A stretch of DNA of 62,713 bases, filler included, from Perkinsus olseni (taxonomy: Eukaryota): the NCBI GenBank assembly GCA_013115125.1. It is 6 parts of 6 records of this genome, joined end to end, with 100 filler letters (N's around TTAATTAATTAA, not from the genome) between each part and the next. Parts side by side here need not be neighbours in the genome. Positions count along the whole stretch, not along the records: positions 1 to 11,939 come from JABANN010000810.1; 5 more parts are not named here. One strand, written 5' to 3'. A model generated the notes under the pieces. It was not told the DNA's origin and did no database searches. It saw only the letters and a list, made by a program, of their open reading frames with translations. Position 1 is the first letter of the stretch, and every line of letters begins with the position of its first letter. Made by a program: the position numbers and the translations under genes. This document shows positions 1 to 11,911 of the stretch, piece after piece.

Positions 1-732
1 TAGAACTTTTTGAGACTGTGCATGTGAGTTGAACTATGTGTAACTTAGACATTGCCCAAGTTTCATCAAAAACAAACGACGCAAATTCGAGAAGGGAATG
101 TGCCCAGTTGCCAGACGCGCGCTAGCTGATCAGCGCAACTAGAAATTTTGCTGTCTCCGCGCACAATTAGGCTGCCTCTACGCGTACCCTATGCATTCGA
201 CCAGTGACTTATCTAACATAGGTCCGATCTTACCAGATTCAAATTGAATCATTCAATATGCATTAACTATTCCGTAAAACTCCAGTACAACGTCTGATAT
301 GATCTAGCAATCGCTTTAGAAATAGTTACAATTTTGGATAGTTACCAATTCGAATTTGCTGTGAGTTCGCATCATTGATGTCGCGTTGAACGCGAATCAT
401 ACAATAGAAACTTCCTGTAGTTTGACAATATGAATAAGTACCTTCAGCGGAAGCATGTCTTCAAGACATTGTCTTGAGTCTGACAATATAAAATTGATTT
501 TACACGCTGGTACAGTGGCATTTCTAGTTTTCATCTTTTTAGTGGGTATTGCGCGTAACTAATACTCAATAATATGAGCTAGAATCTGGGTAGATTGTTT
601 GCGTTCTTGGATAATCTAATACCTTCACAAAATTGTTTCGGGTAGTGTTGTAGTACTTGTCGTTGTGACAATATCAGAGTTTGAAGACAGTTATTTTCGA
701 TTGCTTTTCGATCGTAAGTTTATTTTTCTCCC

Positions 733-3700
733 ATGGTGAAGACTTCTGTTTATGTCCATCGTTCACCATCTAATCGACGGGTCCGTCGAAGAAAGGCATT
801 AGTACGAAATCGCTGTCATATATGTGGTCGATTTTGTGGTCAGCGGTCAGCCGTATGTCAAAGTTGTGAGTTGGGTAATGATCAGAGGAATATGTTGATC
901 ACTAAACGTAAGGTGTTCACGGGGATGGGTTTATCAGAGGTATGTGATTTGTGTGCGCGGCAGTCTACAGAGCATTATCCGATTATCCTAAGACCGGTTC
1001 GTAGAGCTGCCATTCGACAAGGGCGGTATGGAAAACATTTACCTGATCGGCGATCGCGCAACTATCTACAATTCTGTGGTGACTGTTATGAGTATGTAGT
1101 GCATAAAAGGAAATCTTGGCGTTATGGGTGGGCGGCTGTGTTATACACAGTCATATTTGGAACGTTATTTGACCATCGTTGTAAGCAAGATATACTTAAG
1201 TTGATCCCGAATATAATATTGGAGTCTTGGAAATATTGCTTGAATATTGATTTTGAGAGTCCTATACAAGATTTTACCCAACATCTAAAAGATAACCCTT
1301 TGCCGACGAACGATTTGTCGATGGAGAAGTTCATATCATTTGCGGAGGTAAGTAAATTTTGGTGTATGTAATCATTGCATTGCTATTTTCGGATTAACTT
1401 ATAGGTACATGCATTGCCATGTGTATTATGCCCGTTTGGCTGTCACATATCTCCATTAAATGGCGGTTACGGATTTCTCCCATTCACTCATTTATTGAAC
1501 TATGTGGATTCATCAATTCGAGTATTCACTGGTAATGGTCGCCGATTGCAATCCGTACACACCAAGTGGTTACGCGGATGGAGTAATACTCTATTTGGTT
1601 GGAATGTAGTACAAGCTGGGGTTTCATTCCACGATATTTATGGCTTATGTATTCTGACTTGCCGCGATCATTCAGCAGGATGTATGTTTCAGAATATATA
1701 TATGCCTGAGCAGCCTGTGCTTGGTCATGTTGCCCTTTCCGAAGCAGATAATCTTAGTCTCGCCACAATCAAACCACGTGTCATCAAAACTGGTCGGACG
1801 GGGCTTTATTGTAGTTCTTGGTCGTTGTATGCTGCTCGATTCTCCTCTTCGGGAGTTAGTACTTTTACTTTGAGCGATGAAGTACGATGGCGCTCAATCT
1901 GTTCGCGAATGGCTCGGAGCAATGCGTTGGTTATTATGAACAGACCCGATATTCTATCTGGCTTGTATAGAAGAGTGGTACAAGGTCAATTACCTCCGCA
2001 TGTTTTGCGGGATTTGTTGCAAACTTCGACTGGTTGTTCGAAGGAAGAAGAAGAATTATGTTTGACATCAGCTACATTGATTGACTTGGAAGATATTATC
2101 AGACTGAAAGAGTATTCTTCGGTAGATGCGGTATCAGCTTCTTCTTCTGCGGGCACAACCCCACAATTTTTCTACGCGCATAAAGTGGGAATCCATGGGG
2201 CGCGTCCCCTTACTCCAGAATTATGGGGGTTGCCTAGTGATCGGGAGATAGGATACGATCCGCTGAATGTCTTTATTTGGGTATTACTCGTTTTCAATAC
2301 GATTTGTCCCATCATCGCTACAGACCTTCTCAAAGTATCGACCACTTCGTCATGGCAGCAGTTTTGCCGAGTAGCATACAGAAGGATTCTGGATGATCTT
2401 TTCTCGTGTCAATTGTGTAAACTTAATAAAGTTTCACGTAGTGTAAAACGTTTCAAAGTACGACTTAGCAGATGGCTCAGTCATATTGGTTATGACTTTG
2501 GTACCTTATTTCAATTTAATTCTGCACAGGTCCTTCGTACCATTATTCACAATTTCTTCAGAGCATCAGATTCTTCCATAGTGCTGTTCAATTTTGTTAA
2601 TATGTCGGGGTTCTCTGTATTATTGCCCCGACTTCCGCATAATGTCTCGTGGCATATTCTCCTTGATAGTAGTGAAAGATCCAGGTCTGGAGCAGTCTCA
2701 CGTGATGCTGTAACTTCGATTATTGACACTTGCACATCGTGTGGCCTACAAGTTCAAGCTGTGTTCGACTTTCGTAATGTACTATTAGAGCCTTTCGGAT
2801 ACATTTCTCATGGAAAATACCGTCACGGATATTGGGAGTGCTCGTATGGGTGTCATGCGATTAATCGGGATATTACTATTCAAGATGTGCTTGGTCAAAA
2901 ATGTTGGTCGCTTTATTTGCTTACACGAAGGAGTGGTACAGAAGCAGTAAATAAATATTTTGGGTCTTTGATGGGAATCATTGGTGGTCAATTATGTTTT
3001 GTCTGTGGTGTGCATGATGTATTGCTGGTGAAAGAAACTTTCCCGAGTAAGGCCCATTGCTCATATTCTTCATGTGTTGCGTCAGTCAAGCATAAGGCTA
3101 TATTTTCGTGTCCCTATCGAGACTCTTGCGGAGTAGGAATATGTCGGAAAGTGTATGATGCTTTCATCTTATCTGGTGTACCTGGTTTTGCTATCAAGGT
3201 GTATCCTGTACCTAGCGTTGGTTCAAATGGTGGAACGGATATTCCCGTCGTTTGTTCTACTGTTGATGATGGTGATGATGATGAGGACTTTTGTTCGATT
3301 TTGTCGGTTGCTGCTGAATCTGTCGTCGATGATGCTCCGTTTTTTGTCGGTGACCCAGATATCAATGATGAGTATAATTCTCAACATGTAGGCGATCCCT
3401 GTTTACTGACGAGCACAGCTGATGATCCTTGGTTATTCGGTGAAGTCCCCGTAGCAGCTTCGATCTTATTTAATTCAATATGTGGAGTTCTACGTCGGAA
3501 GGGGTATCCAGTAAACGTGCCCCGCTACGCTCAACGTTTCTTTCAAAATATGATGAGTTTATCGAAGAGTCCTGTATGTTTAGCGTACCCCGAGTCGACA
3601 TTGTTCCCGAGTTTATTTTGGTGTGATTATGAAAATGATGCGATAGGGGCAATCCCGGTCTGTTTGCATTCTGAGCGATTCAATCATCAGTCAGGCTTTA

Positions 3701-5124
3701 GCAGTTACCGTGATCACTGTGTGTATCGTCTCCGGGATTGGAGTTCATTGTCGATGGCAGATAGCAGATACTGTCTATACATGTTCGATGTGTGCCTTAA
3801 TGAGATGATGCGTTACTCTACACAAAGTTTGACTTTAAAACGTGGCTGGGAGCATATCTCGGGAGACAGTCACGACGTTAAAATAAATATGAAAGAACAG
3901 TATTTGGCGTTCGATGCAGCCGATTCTCGTAGAAATGTACGAGAACTTTCATCATTAATTGCACAGCAATGCCCTAGGTATTTTATAACGTTGACTTGTA
4001 ATCAAAGAGGAACGCCATGTGTGAGGCTGGTTACAACTATCCGTGAAGGCTACTTGCGTCGTTATCCGGCAGTATCAGAGAAGGATGCGATTGAATCATC
4101 ATGTACACCATATGTCACTACTTGGTATAACTGGGTGTGTTTGTTTTTGGAATATCTTTATCAAGGAAATGATGATATTCTTGGACCAATTACAGGTTAT
4201 TGGGGTAGGTTTGAGTGGCAATCTTGCGAGTCTACTTTGCCACATTTTCACTGTCTGTTGTGGTGTAATGAGCCTATAGAGGTCTCAAAACGACGAATTG
4301 TCTGTAATTTGTCACAGTTCAAATCGTTCAAGGATTCTGTGATCGAGAGAGGTCTTGTTACTAGCAATGCAGAATGGGAAGATGTATGCGAGTCCTTTTC
4401 TCGCTTTCAACGTCATTCTTGTGCAGCATCTAAGGGTAGATGCCAACGATATGGCTCTGATGGTAAATCATACTGTCGAGTGCCGCATTATACACCATCA
4501 CCATCAACAGAGTATTCACCTATTATACGTCGATTGACAGATCAAGAACTGGATGTATTTATATCACTTGGTTGGGCTTCGTATGTTGATGATAATCATT
4601 ATCAACTTCGTCCTGACTTTCAACCGGGCAAGTATAACTATGCAACGTCAGATGATATAAAATGGGTTCCTGTTAATCCATATATATTCACAATATTTAG
4701 ATCAAGTTGTAATGTACTATTGGTGGACTGGGATATGGCATCACGGTATTTGGCATCTTATTGCGGCGGTGCCGAGGAGCATGTTAAAACTAGTTTCCGT
4801 TCGAAGGGTGATAATCTTGTTGACGTTAACATACACAATGTTGAAAACGTCAAGCTTATGCATGGCCAACATCCTAACGCTGCTCGGGTGAAGAGAGGGC
4901 GGAGTGAATTATGTAAGAGAATTGTATCCAAAACTGAGGCTCTATTCTATGTACTCAAGTATCGATATGTACACACAAATGCTAGGTTTTCTCATCCGCA
5001 AACCAGTATGCTTGAAGATAGGCCAGTATGGAAGAAAAGTCGGAAGTTACTGTCACGGTTTGCGTCTGCACGCGGCGAGCCTCCTGTTCAAATACGTGTG
5101 AGGTCGTCGTTGCCTGATATTTAG
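733..5124 (+). CDS. Helitron Rep (HUH endonuclease) with N-terminal Cys-rich/Zn-finger region; exons 733-1347 and 1405-5124
   Basis: A 57-nt intron 1348-1404 (GTAAGT...TTATAG, phase 0) joins ORF 733 in frame to ORF 1414. Rep motif 1 YFITLTCN (~3979), motif 2 FEWQ..LPHFHCLLW (~4210), motif 3 RYLASY (~4744). Multiple CxxC pairs at the N-terminus. Confidence 0.85.
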
Positions 5125-5233
5125 AGAATCATTCGTCATATTCTTATCATGGTTGTTGTGTTAAGAGTCTCATTGTTAGAAGTAACTTCTCATTTCATGA
5201 CGTCTTCTTTATTTAAATAGTTATATTATTATC

Positions 5234-8188
5234 ATGACCCCGGAGTATGCCGACTGTAATAGATCCTTTCGGCAATTTTCTTCGTCGCAACAATGCTTAA
5301 TGGAGGAAGTTGAACGATATCCTTACGTCAACGACAAGGTAACTTCATTCAGTTTGAGGCCTCCGGAACTACTATTCATACCATATTTACGATTATACTT
5401 GTCATGGTTCATCATTTGCAATATTGTTATACCTGCAGCAGACGAGGAAGGTGTGATGCGAAAGTATGCTGGGATTCATCGGCTAGAAGATGCGTACTGG
5501 TTTGATGGTGCGAGTCGAATTGTTAAAGTTAGATATTACGCTATACCAGCTTTACATGATTTTTCGCTCAGCCTTCTACGTGGAGAACATGGTGTTGTTC
5601 ACCCGAAGTTATCAACATATGTTGAGCGTGTTATAATTCCCTTATATAACAACCCTCATTCATTCCCACAACTTGTCGACTTTACAAATACCGAGCCTTT
5701 GGTGGTTGTATCGCCATTAACGTTGCCACTCTCTGGGGCTAGATGGTTGGTGCACTTGGTATTATTTTATGGTCGTTATACTACGGAGCTGGAATTATTT
5801 ACGTCCAAGTCATTACTTGAGTCTTTCCAAAAAGCTGGATTATACGATCCAGATAAAGCGGAGTTATCATATAAGGAGCTATTATCTTCATGGGGAGTGA
5901 GAGAGCTGCGATGTCTTCCTGGTTCTCATAAATCTTTTTGTCGGAATTTATGTGTTGGGAAGTATGTGTTGGAAAGATTTTTTCTGCTTAATCCGGGCGA
6001 GATTGTTTATGTGGCATCGCCGCTGGTTATATTACGTCAACTTCAAAGTGCACATTCTGTATCACTTAAAAAACGCGTTATGGATAGTCGTTACCTTTTC
6101 GTGGATACCATTGGCAAGTTGAACCTTCAAAATGTACCATCATCCGAACAGCTACTTCAAGCTGAATATGATTCTCCGATTAGTTGGACTCCGTCGATAG
6201 TCCCGGCAGATGGCCAGAGCTCTGCTTCGGTTGAGGAGCAAACTGTCGTGCTGAACGTGGGCATCAATAAGATCAAATCTTTTATCAGAGGCAACCAGCC
6301 GTTTATTCCGTTCTTGATAATGGCCGGAGGACCAGGGAATGGAAAAACCACATTGCTGCTGCTTATGGGCAGCTTTGGTCGTGCGCAAGGCCTTGAGATT
6401 CAGCCAGTTGCTCTGAGTAGTGAACGATCATTATGTATTGGAGGGAGCCATATACATAAATTATTCGCCGTAAGCGTACACAAAGGCTCTACATCTCTCT
6501 CCGCTTCACAAGCTGCTTATTATGCTATCAATCGGTTACAGCGAGATCCTATTGGTTTGGCATATTTACTGACAATAGATGTTATACTTTTAGATGAGTG
6601 TGGGCTTGTAGATGAGTCGCTTTTTACGACGATGAGTGAAATACTGTGCTCCTTGCGACACACACGGATTCCCTTTGGTGGATGCCAAGTTTTGATGACT
6701 GGTGATCCTCACCAATTGAGTCAAATACACGGAAACTCACTGTGGAGCTCTGTCTACACTCATTCACTATTCGACATATATGTGTTACAGCAGCCGGTCC
6801 GTTGTGGAAAAGACCCTATACTACAAAAATGTATCCAAATCTTACGAAAAGATTATCTTAGTATTACTCACGATGATTATGTATCTTTAGCAAATTCTAT
6901 TATCAGCAATTGCCGATTGCGAAGATCAATAGAGGATGTCCGCCAAGAGAGCGGTTACACTACTTTTGAAGTATACAGCAAACGAATATCTGAGCGGTTA
7001 GCTATGAAGTCCTTTGCTGAGAATCTTAAGCTGAGAGCAGATGCGGGAGAACCCATATTTGTGAGTACAAGTGTGGATGAGGTTAACGAGAGTGGTGTAA
7101 GCTGTGCTTGGAGGACTTCCACCGATAATTTAAGTACCAAATTGAATAAACAGTCGTTAGACGCTCACAAATTGACTTTGGTCAGCGGAGTGGTCTTGAG
7201 ATTTACTCGCAATGGAATTGCTGATGGTATCAAGTACTCCCAGGGGCAATTATGTATCTGTGTATCATTACCTCGTGATGATGACGATCGGTTGGAAGTA
7301 CTCATACCACCACCTGGTTATCGATCTCTACAAAACATCAATCTGACGACTCCTCCTCCAAATTGGAAGCGAACTAACTTGTATCGAGAGTATGGATATG
7401 ATATTTCTGTTGGCCTATTATTAATGAGACGTAAACAATATCCGGTTGTGAATCATGTCAGTTGTACGTTACATCGAGCTATAGGTTTAACGCTTGATTC
7501 GGTTACGAGTCGGATTGCCTGTCCTACTGGTGCTTCATCAGATCGCAACTATTGTTTGTGGGAGAAACAACAGCTCCTGGTGTTATTATCAAGAGTTGCG
7601 AGTCTGGACAGGATTACGCTGATTAATACTGAAGTGGAAATCCGTGATACGGTCAAATATTTATTGGACAAAAGAAGTGCTCATGAGAGTTACATCAATC
7701 ATGTTATGGCAGCTGTATCGAAAGTTACTACGGAGCCTCCTCCCGGTAGGATCATTATTCAGAGCCTCAATTTTAGACCTCGACGAGTTTCAGAAGCTTA
7801 TGTGGGTGAGGGAGGTTGTGTCTATATGTTGATCAGCACTCAAAATTTAAACTATAGTTATGTTGGCCAGACAACTCAACTGTTGGAGCGTGTGGATACT
7901 CATAATCGTGGATTATCCGAACATGCGAGCCAGGTGACCGCATTGTTTCATTTGCGTCCATGGTTTGTAGCAGGAGTGATAGTCGGAATTCCTTTCAAGT
8001 CAGGCTTCAAAGACTTTAGCCGACTCATCAGAGAGCGTCTTGAGGCGGCATGGCATGCACTCATTATACCAACTGATGTTCCAGCTGTTGTTCTGTCGAA
8101 AGGGAAGTCTCTTATTACTTTATTCAATTCCGACTATCCTTCGTTGACGTTCATTGATGCCATATCATTGTGTTTAACAGACGTGTAA
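5234..8188 (+). CDS. PIF1-family (SF1B) helicase with C-terminal GIY-YIG nuclease domain; possibly spliced to the upstream Rep
   Basis: Walker A GGPGNGKT, Walker B LLDECGLV, PFGGCQVLMTGDPHQL, RKQYPV, TLHRAIGLTL and LLSRV motifs. C-terminal CVYMLIS..YVGQT..RVDTHN..RPW..ERLE matches the GIY-YIG pattern. Confidence 0.88.
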   Translation: MTPEYADCNRSFRQFSSSQQCLMEEVERYPYVNDKVTSFSLRPPELLFIPYLRLYLSWFIICNIVIPAADEEGVMRKYAGIHRLEDAYWFDGASRIVKVRYYAIPALHDFSLSLLRGEHGVVHPKLSTYVERVIIPLYNNPHSFPQLVDFTNTEPLVVVSPLTLPLSGARWLVHLVLFYGRYTTELELFTSKSLLESFQKAGLYDPDKAELSYKELLSSWGVRELRCLPGSHKSFCRNLCVGKYVLERFFLLNPGEIVYVASPLVILRQLQSAHSVSLKKRVMDSRYLFVDTIGKLNLQNVPSSEQLLQAEYDSPISWTPSIVPADGQSSASVEEQTVVLNVGINKIKSFIRGNQPFIPFLIMAGGPGNGKTTLLLLMGSFGRAQGLEIQPVALSSERSLCIGGSHIHKLFAVSVHKGSTSLSASQAAYYAINRLQRDPIGLAYLLTIDVILLDECGLVDESLFTTMSEILCSLRHTRIPFGGCQVLMTGDPHQLSQIHGNSLWSSVYTHSLFDIYVLQQPVRCGKDPILQKCIQILRKDYLSITHDDYVSLANSIISNCRLRRSIEDVRQESGYTTFEVYSKRISERLAMKSFAENLKLRADAGEPIFVSTSVDEVNESGVSCAWRTSTDNLSTKLNKQSLDAHKLTLVSGVVLRFTRNGIADGIKYSQGQLCICVSLPRDDDDRLEVLIPPPGYRSLQNINLTTPPPNWKRTNLYREYGYDISVGLLLMRRKQYPVVNHVSCTLHRAIGLTLDSVTSRIACPTGASSDRNYCLWEKQQLLVLLSRVASLDRITLINTEVEIRDTVKYLLDKRSAHESYINHVMAAVSKVTTEPPPGRIIIQSLNFRPRRVSEAYVGEGGCVYMLISTQNLNYSYVGQTTQLLERVDTHNRGLSEHASQVTALFHLRPWFVAGVIVGIPFKSGFKDFSRLIRERLEAAWHALIIPTDVPAVVLSKGKSLITLFNSDYPSLTFIDAISLCLTDV

Positions 8189-8665
8189 CAATATATGACA
8201 TCTTTCTAGTTCTTACTAATAAACACTTTCTTCTGTGAATCCTCTGTAGAGTTCATCAATTTTTCTATTGCTAAAGAATATGAGGGGGAATAATAAGTAA
8301 CAATTCGTAGTGTTGTCGAATCTGTGCAATCAACAGTTATGAGTTGTTATTCAACTTCAAACATTTGATTATTCTAAACTCTATAATCACAGCACATCAA
8401 TGATGTGACATCATATCTATCACAATATCACTTTATCATAAACTCTAATCTGTCGGTTCAAACACAAGAGTAGAATACAACTTGTGTACAGTGCTTCCTG
8501 TTGAGAGCAATTACTGGTCGGTTAATTGGGCGTGCGCTTTTTCTCTTTATAGCTTAATGTTGTTTGCTTATGAACATATGATGTACTCCAATATTCGTTT
8601 TAATAACTGGTTGGGGATATATTCGATCAGGTTATCAACCTTGATTCAATCTCTGGTTGACTCCT

Positions 8666-9445
8666 ATGTCTACAGCCCCCCTGTGTTTCACACTTTCGAG
8701 AGTCAACAAGGCTTCGCAAATAGATGAGTGTCTTATGCCACTGAGACCCTATCGATCTGCTGTGGATGCAGACTTTTGCAAGAGTGATCTCCTGGCGTCG
8801 AGTTCCTTGTCTATTGCCCGTTCACCAAAGCGAGCACAGTTATCTATCCCTAATGGAGGGGAAGTATTTGATAAGTTGAGTGGTACTCCTTTTGCTTTGA
8901 GCAATAAGTACGTTGATCGGCCTCATATCTATCCGAGCTCGACTTCTAATGCCGATGATGACAATGCATCTAGAGAGCGACATGTGTTCGACGAAGCTTA
9001 TGTTCGTGAATTGCAAAAGTTCTATACTTTTGGTAGTGCGACTAGTCAAAGTAATAATTGCCTAATCGATAGTATTTGTAAACTTGTACAGTGGATGGAT
9101 ATTCTTCATCCAGTAGAGTTTCCAGTTGATATGCAATTGTATGCTAGAATCCGCCAAAGCCTTGTACTCAACAATGATGCTTCAGAGAACGGTTTCTTGG
9201 AACATTATCGTCATGCTATTCCTATTGTCGATTTTCTCTGGAATGAATCTCGACTATATGGCCCTCGGCAACCAATCGCCATTACGGCACACAGTGATAG
9301 AGACGTTGCTCTTACTCATGGACTATCACGTAATCAGAATCTCTCAGATCTTCAAGGTGAGATGATAAAGGAGATTGCAAGTGTTCTGACATTGCATTTA
9401 TATAATTATCATGGTTTACATTATATTCCACTCTTTCGTAAGTAG
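8666..9445 (+). CDS. OTU-like cysteine protease (putative), element cargo
   Basis: SNNCLIDSI resembles the OTU catalytic-Cys motif (DGNCLFxA). C-terminal HYIPL resembles the catalytic-His motif. OTU domains are known Helitron cargo. Start codon uncertain. Confidence 0.55.
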   Translation: MSTAPLCFTLSRVNKASQIDECLMPLRPYRSAVDADFCKSDLLASSSLSIARSPKRAQLSIPNGGEVFDKLSGTPFALSNKYVDRPHIYPSSTSNADDDNASRERHVFDEAYVRELQKFYTFGSATSQSNNCLIDSICKLVQWMDILHPVEFPVDMQLYARIRQSLVLNNDASENGFLEHYRHAIPIVDFLWNESRLYGPRQPIAITAHSDRDVALTHGLSRNQNLSDLQGEMIKEIASVLTLHLYNYHGLHYIPLFRK

Positions 9446-9459
9446 TTGTTAACAAATGA

Positions 9460-9496
9460 GTTCCCGGCGTCCGTAGGACGCCCGGGAACGTTCTAG
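9460..9496 (+). terminator. Helitron-type 3' terminal hairpin and CTAG
   Basis: GTTCCCGG-CGTCC-gta-GGACG-c-CCGGGAAC (13-bp stem, 1 bulge), then GTT-CTAG and a T. Confidence 0.8.
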
Positions 9497-10035
9497 TCAG
9501 TGATCACTATTCGCACTTTCATCTAATTTCAACTTCAACATACAAGAGTGAATGAGTAGAGATGCTAGGCCGTATGCGGTCGTGTCTGTTGGTTATATAG
9601 AGATTATGATTAACTTATAGGAAGGTATTATCTTCAATCAGATTTTGATTCGGAAACTTGCCCTCCTCAATAAGCTTTTCCTTACTTTTCGCAAGTTTGA
9701 TTAACTAGCAACTCATCATTTCCGACTTACTCCCTACTTGAGATGAAAATAATGTAGGACATGAGGTTGTGCTACGGATTATAAAAATTTCCTCCTTTTC
9801 TGATACAATACTCTTATCGATTAACGGAATATTATGTGGAGTGTAACTGCCATGGTGTAGCGTTTATCACAGATTAAATGATATGCTTTCACAACTTCTC
9901 TTGTACTATTCGATATGACAAATGGGATTTTGATTATTTTGATTGTCAAGACAAACCATCCATGTCGAGTTTTGTATTTGACCAGGAAGTGATGTGTTCA
10001 AAGTGTAGTAGTTCTGCTCTATTATTTTCCGTCTT

Positions 10036-11230
10036 ATGACTAAGTTAGATCAATCCTTAATTACGGAGTTGAAGACTCTTATGAAGAAGAAGGATATTTA
10101 TCGTTTGGTTAGCTTGGATGACGTGCTAGCTGGTCAGTCTGGGTATACTATATTACAATGTAGAATTTTGAAAGTGAAAGAGTGTGAAGAGTTAAATAGA
10201 AATTGGACTTATGTATCATCAACCAATAATCGGCAAAAACTATACAAATCTGGAGGTTATCATAAATTTATATTTCTGGGGTGCTGTCGTAGCAGTCGCG
10301 TATTTGTGGTACGAATCAAATCGAGAGCTGAAGCAAATATGATATTACAACGCGAAAGCTTCTTGTCTATTGGTTCGTGGGCGGCCTTACTGGAAGGAAA
10401 TTTCGAGAACGAAAAGTTGGGGAAGCGTGAAACGTTTGTGCCGATTCTGAGTACTAGTTATCCTCTGATGGAGCTCGACGACATACAAGATTATGTCATG
10501 CCTTCATCGAAGGCGGGGTTTCCATTATTAAGAAGTGCATCATTGGCCGAAGGAAGTATGTCTATGTTTTGGTTCAGTGTCAAGAAGATTGATGTCTACC
10601 GTGCCAGATATCTTCGTAACACCTGTCCCAACGTCTTTTGCGATAGAACCGTATCCTTGGGGTACGTTGGCTCCTCAACTCGTACTGTATGTAAGGTGTG
10701 TAGTTCTTCGATGCACTCAGAAGCGAAGTATTCGATCGCAGTTGATATGGGATTCTCCTCTGATGGTGATGTGGTCCGTACAACTCTGAGTGGACGTAAG
10801 CTCTGTGGCATATTCATTGATAAAACTTTGGTTGATCTATCCTGGGAAGAGTTTTCGTCTAAGGTCAATAACAAACTCGAGAAACTAGTCGTTGCTGCAC
10901 GTGATATAACTGAGATTATCAATGAATGTCCTACCAGCTATTGGATGGTATGTGGGTGGGTTATGTATGGACAAACTGTCAACTCATCTGGGGAAATTAT
11001 TGTTTCCAACTTCAAGAAAGCGCACGTTATTGATTTGATCCCATGCATGACTCCGGAAACAAGGGAAATAGTTGAGTCAAAAATGATTAAAGGTAAGTCA
11101 CCATATAATGTGGTTCTTATGGAATCATCGTAATTTTTCTCTAATAGGTGATATGGTGACCTCCAGTACCCCAAATCATGTCCCCGATGGATCTGATGCT
11201 GACAATGGTGGTCCCAGCGATGCACAGTAA
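10036..11230 (+). CDS. RPA70-like OB-fold ssDNA-binding protein with C4 zinc ribbon (putative); exons 10036-11092 and 11148-11230
   Basis: YLRNTCPNVFCDR...CKVC...KYSIAVD resembles the RPA70 C-terminal OB-fold (YxxCxxxC...CxxC..Y). A 55-nt intron 11093-11147 (GTAAGT...AATAG) extends the ORF to TAA at 11230. Confidence 0.5.
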
Positions 11231-11911
11231 CACGCGGTCGGCCTTATTATGGTAAAAACACTGTATACGCCCCTGTTTGCCTTATTTTGGCCCAGATATT
11301 AGGATAAAGACATTTCTGGAGTCCATCTTTGCCTCGTTCAAGCTGAAGCACTTAACCTTCAGTGTTGATAAAATGGATTGTTATCGATTTCTAAAAAACC
11401 TTTTGTTCGTATGGTTCATGATAGCCGTAATACAGATTACCCCTCAAATCACCTTACTTTATTCCCGTAGTCAGATGTCATACATCAATCGCATCATTTG
11501 AAATGACTCGTTTCATTATTATGGCCATTCTACTGTGTTGAGTTCTGAAAGTACGATTACCTTTATTATATGATCGACTCTGTCGTACTTTTCATTGCTT
11601 TATCACTAATAATGATTCATCATATATCGTTTAGACACGGTTCCCGATATATTTTCCATACTTTCGAATATGAAACTTGTATATTTCCGGATCAATTGGG
11701 TCGACAATCTCGTGTCGCTTACGATGGAACCCCTTCCGACAAATACCCGCTCCTGCATCAATATCCTCGTATTATCTATTCATCATTTTTAATAAATTTT
11801 AACACAGATATATGCTCTACTAACTCATATCTTCGATACGTGAGTTTCGTCCTCGCCGGTATCCTTGGTGAACGGAGGGCGAGTTCCATGCGGGGTACCT
11901 CACAAATGTTA

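Larger units (their letters stand above)
733..9496 (+). mobile_element. Helitron-like rolling-circle transposon (Rep + PIF1 helicase/GIY-YIG + OTU); 5' end not located; may extend to 11939
   Basis: HUH Rep motifs and a PIF1 helicase lie in tandem on one strand. A GC-rich hairpin at 9460-9489 is followed by CTAG|T (9493-9497), the canonical Helitron 3' end. Confidence 0.85.

Noticed and set aside
105-142. Short hairpin followed by CTAG near the start of contig 1, as the end of a preceding Helitron copy
   Set aside because: Stem is short, not similar to the 9460 terminus, and CTAG is followed by A rather than T.
1414-8188. Viral (CRESS or giant-virus) origin of the Rep and helicase
   Set aside because: SF1 PIF1 rather than SF3 helicase, no capsid gene, spliceosomal introns and a hairpin-CTAG end all fit a Helitron.
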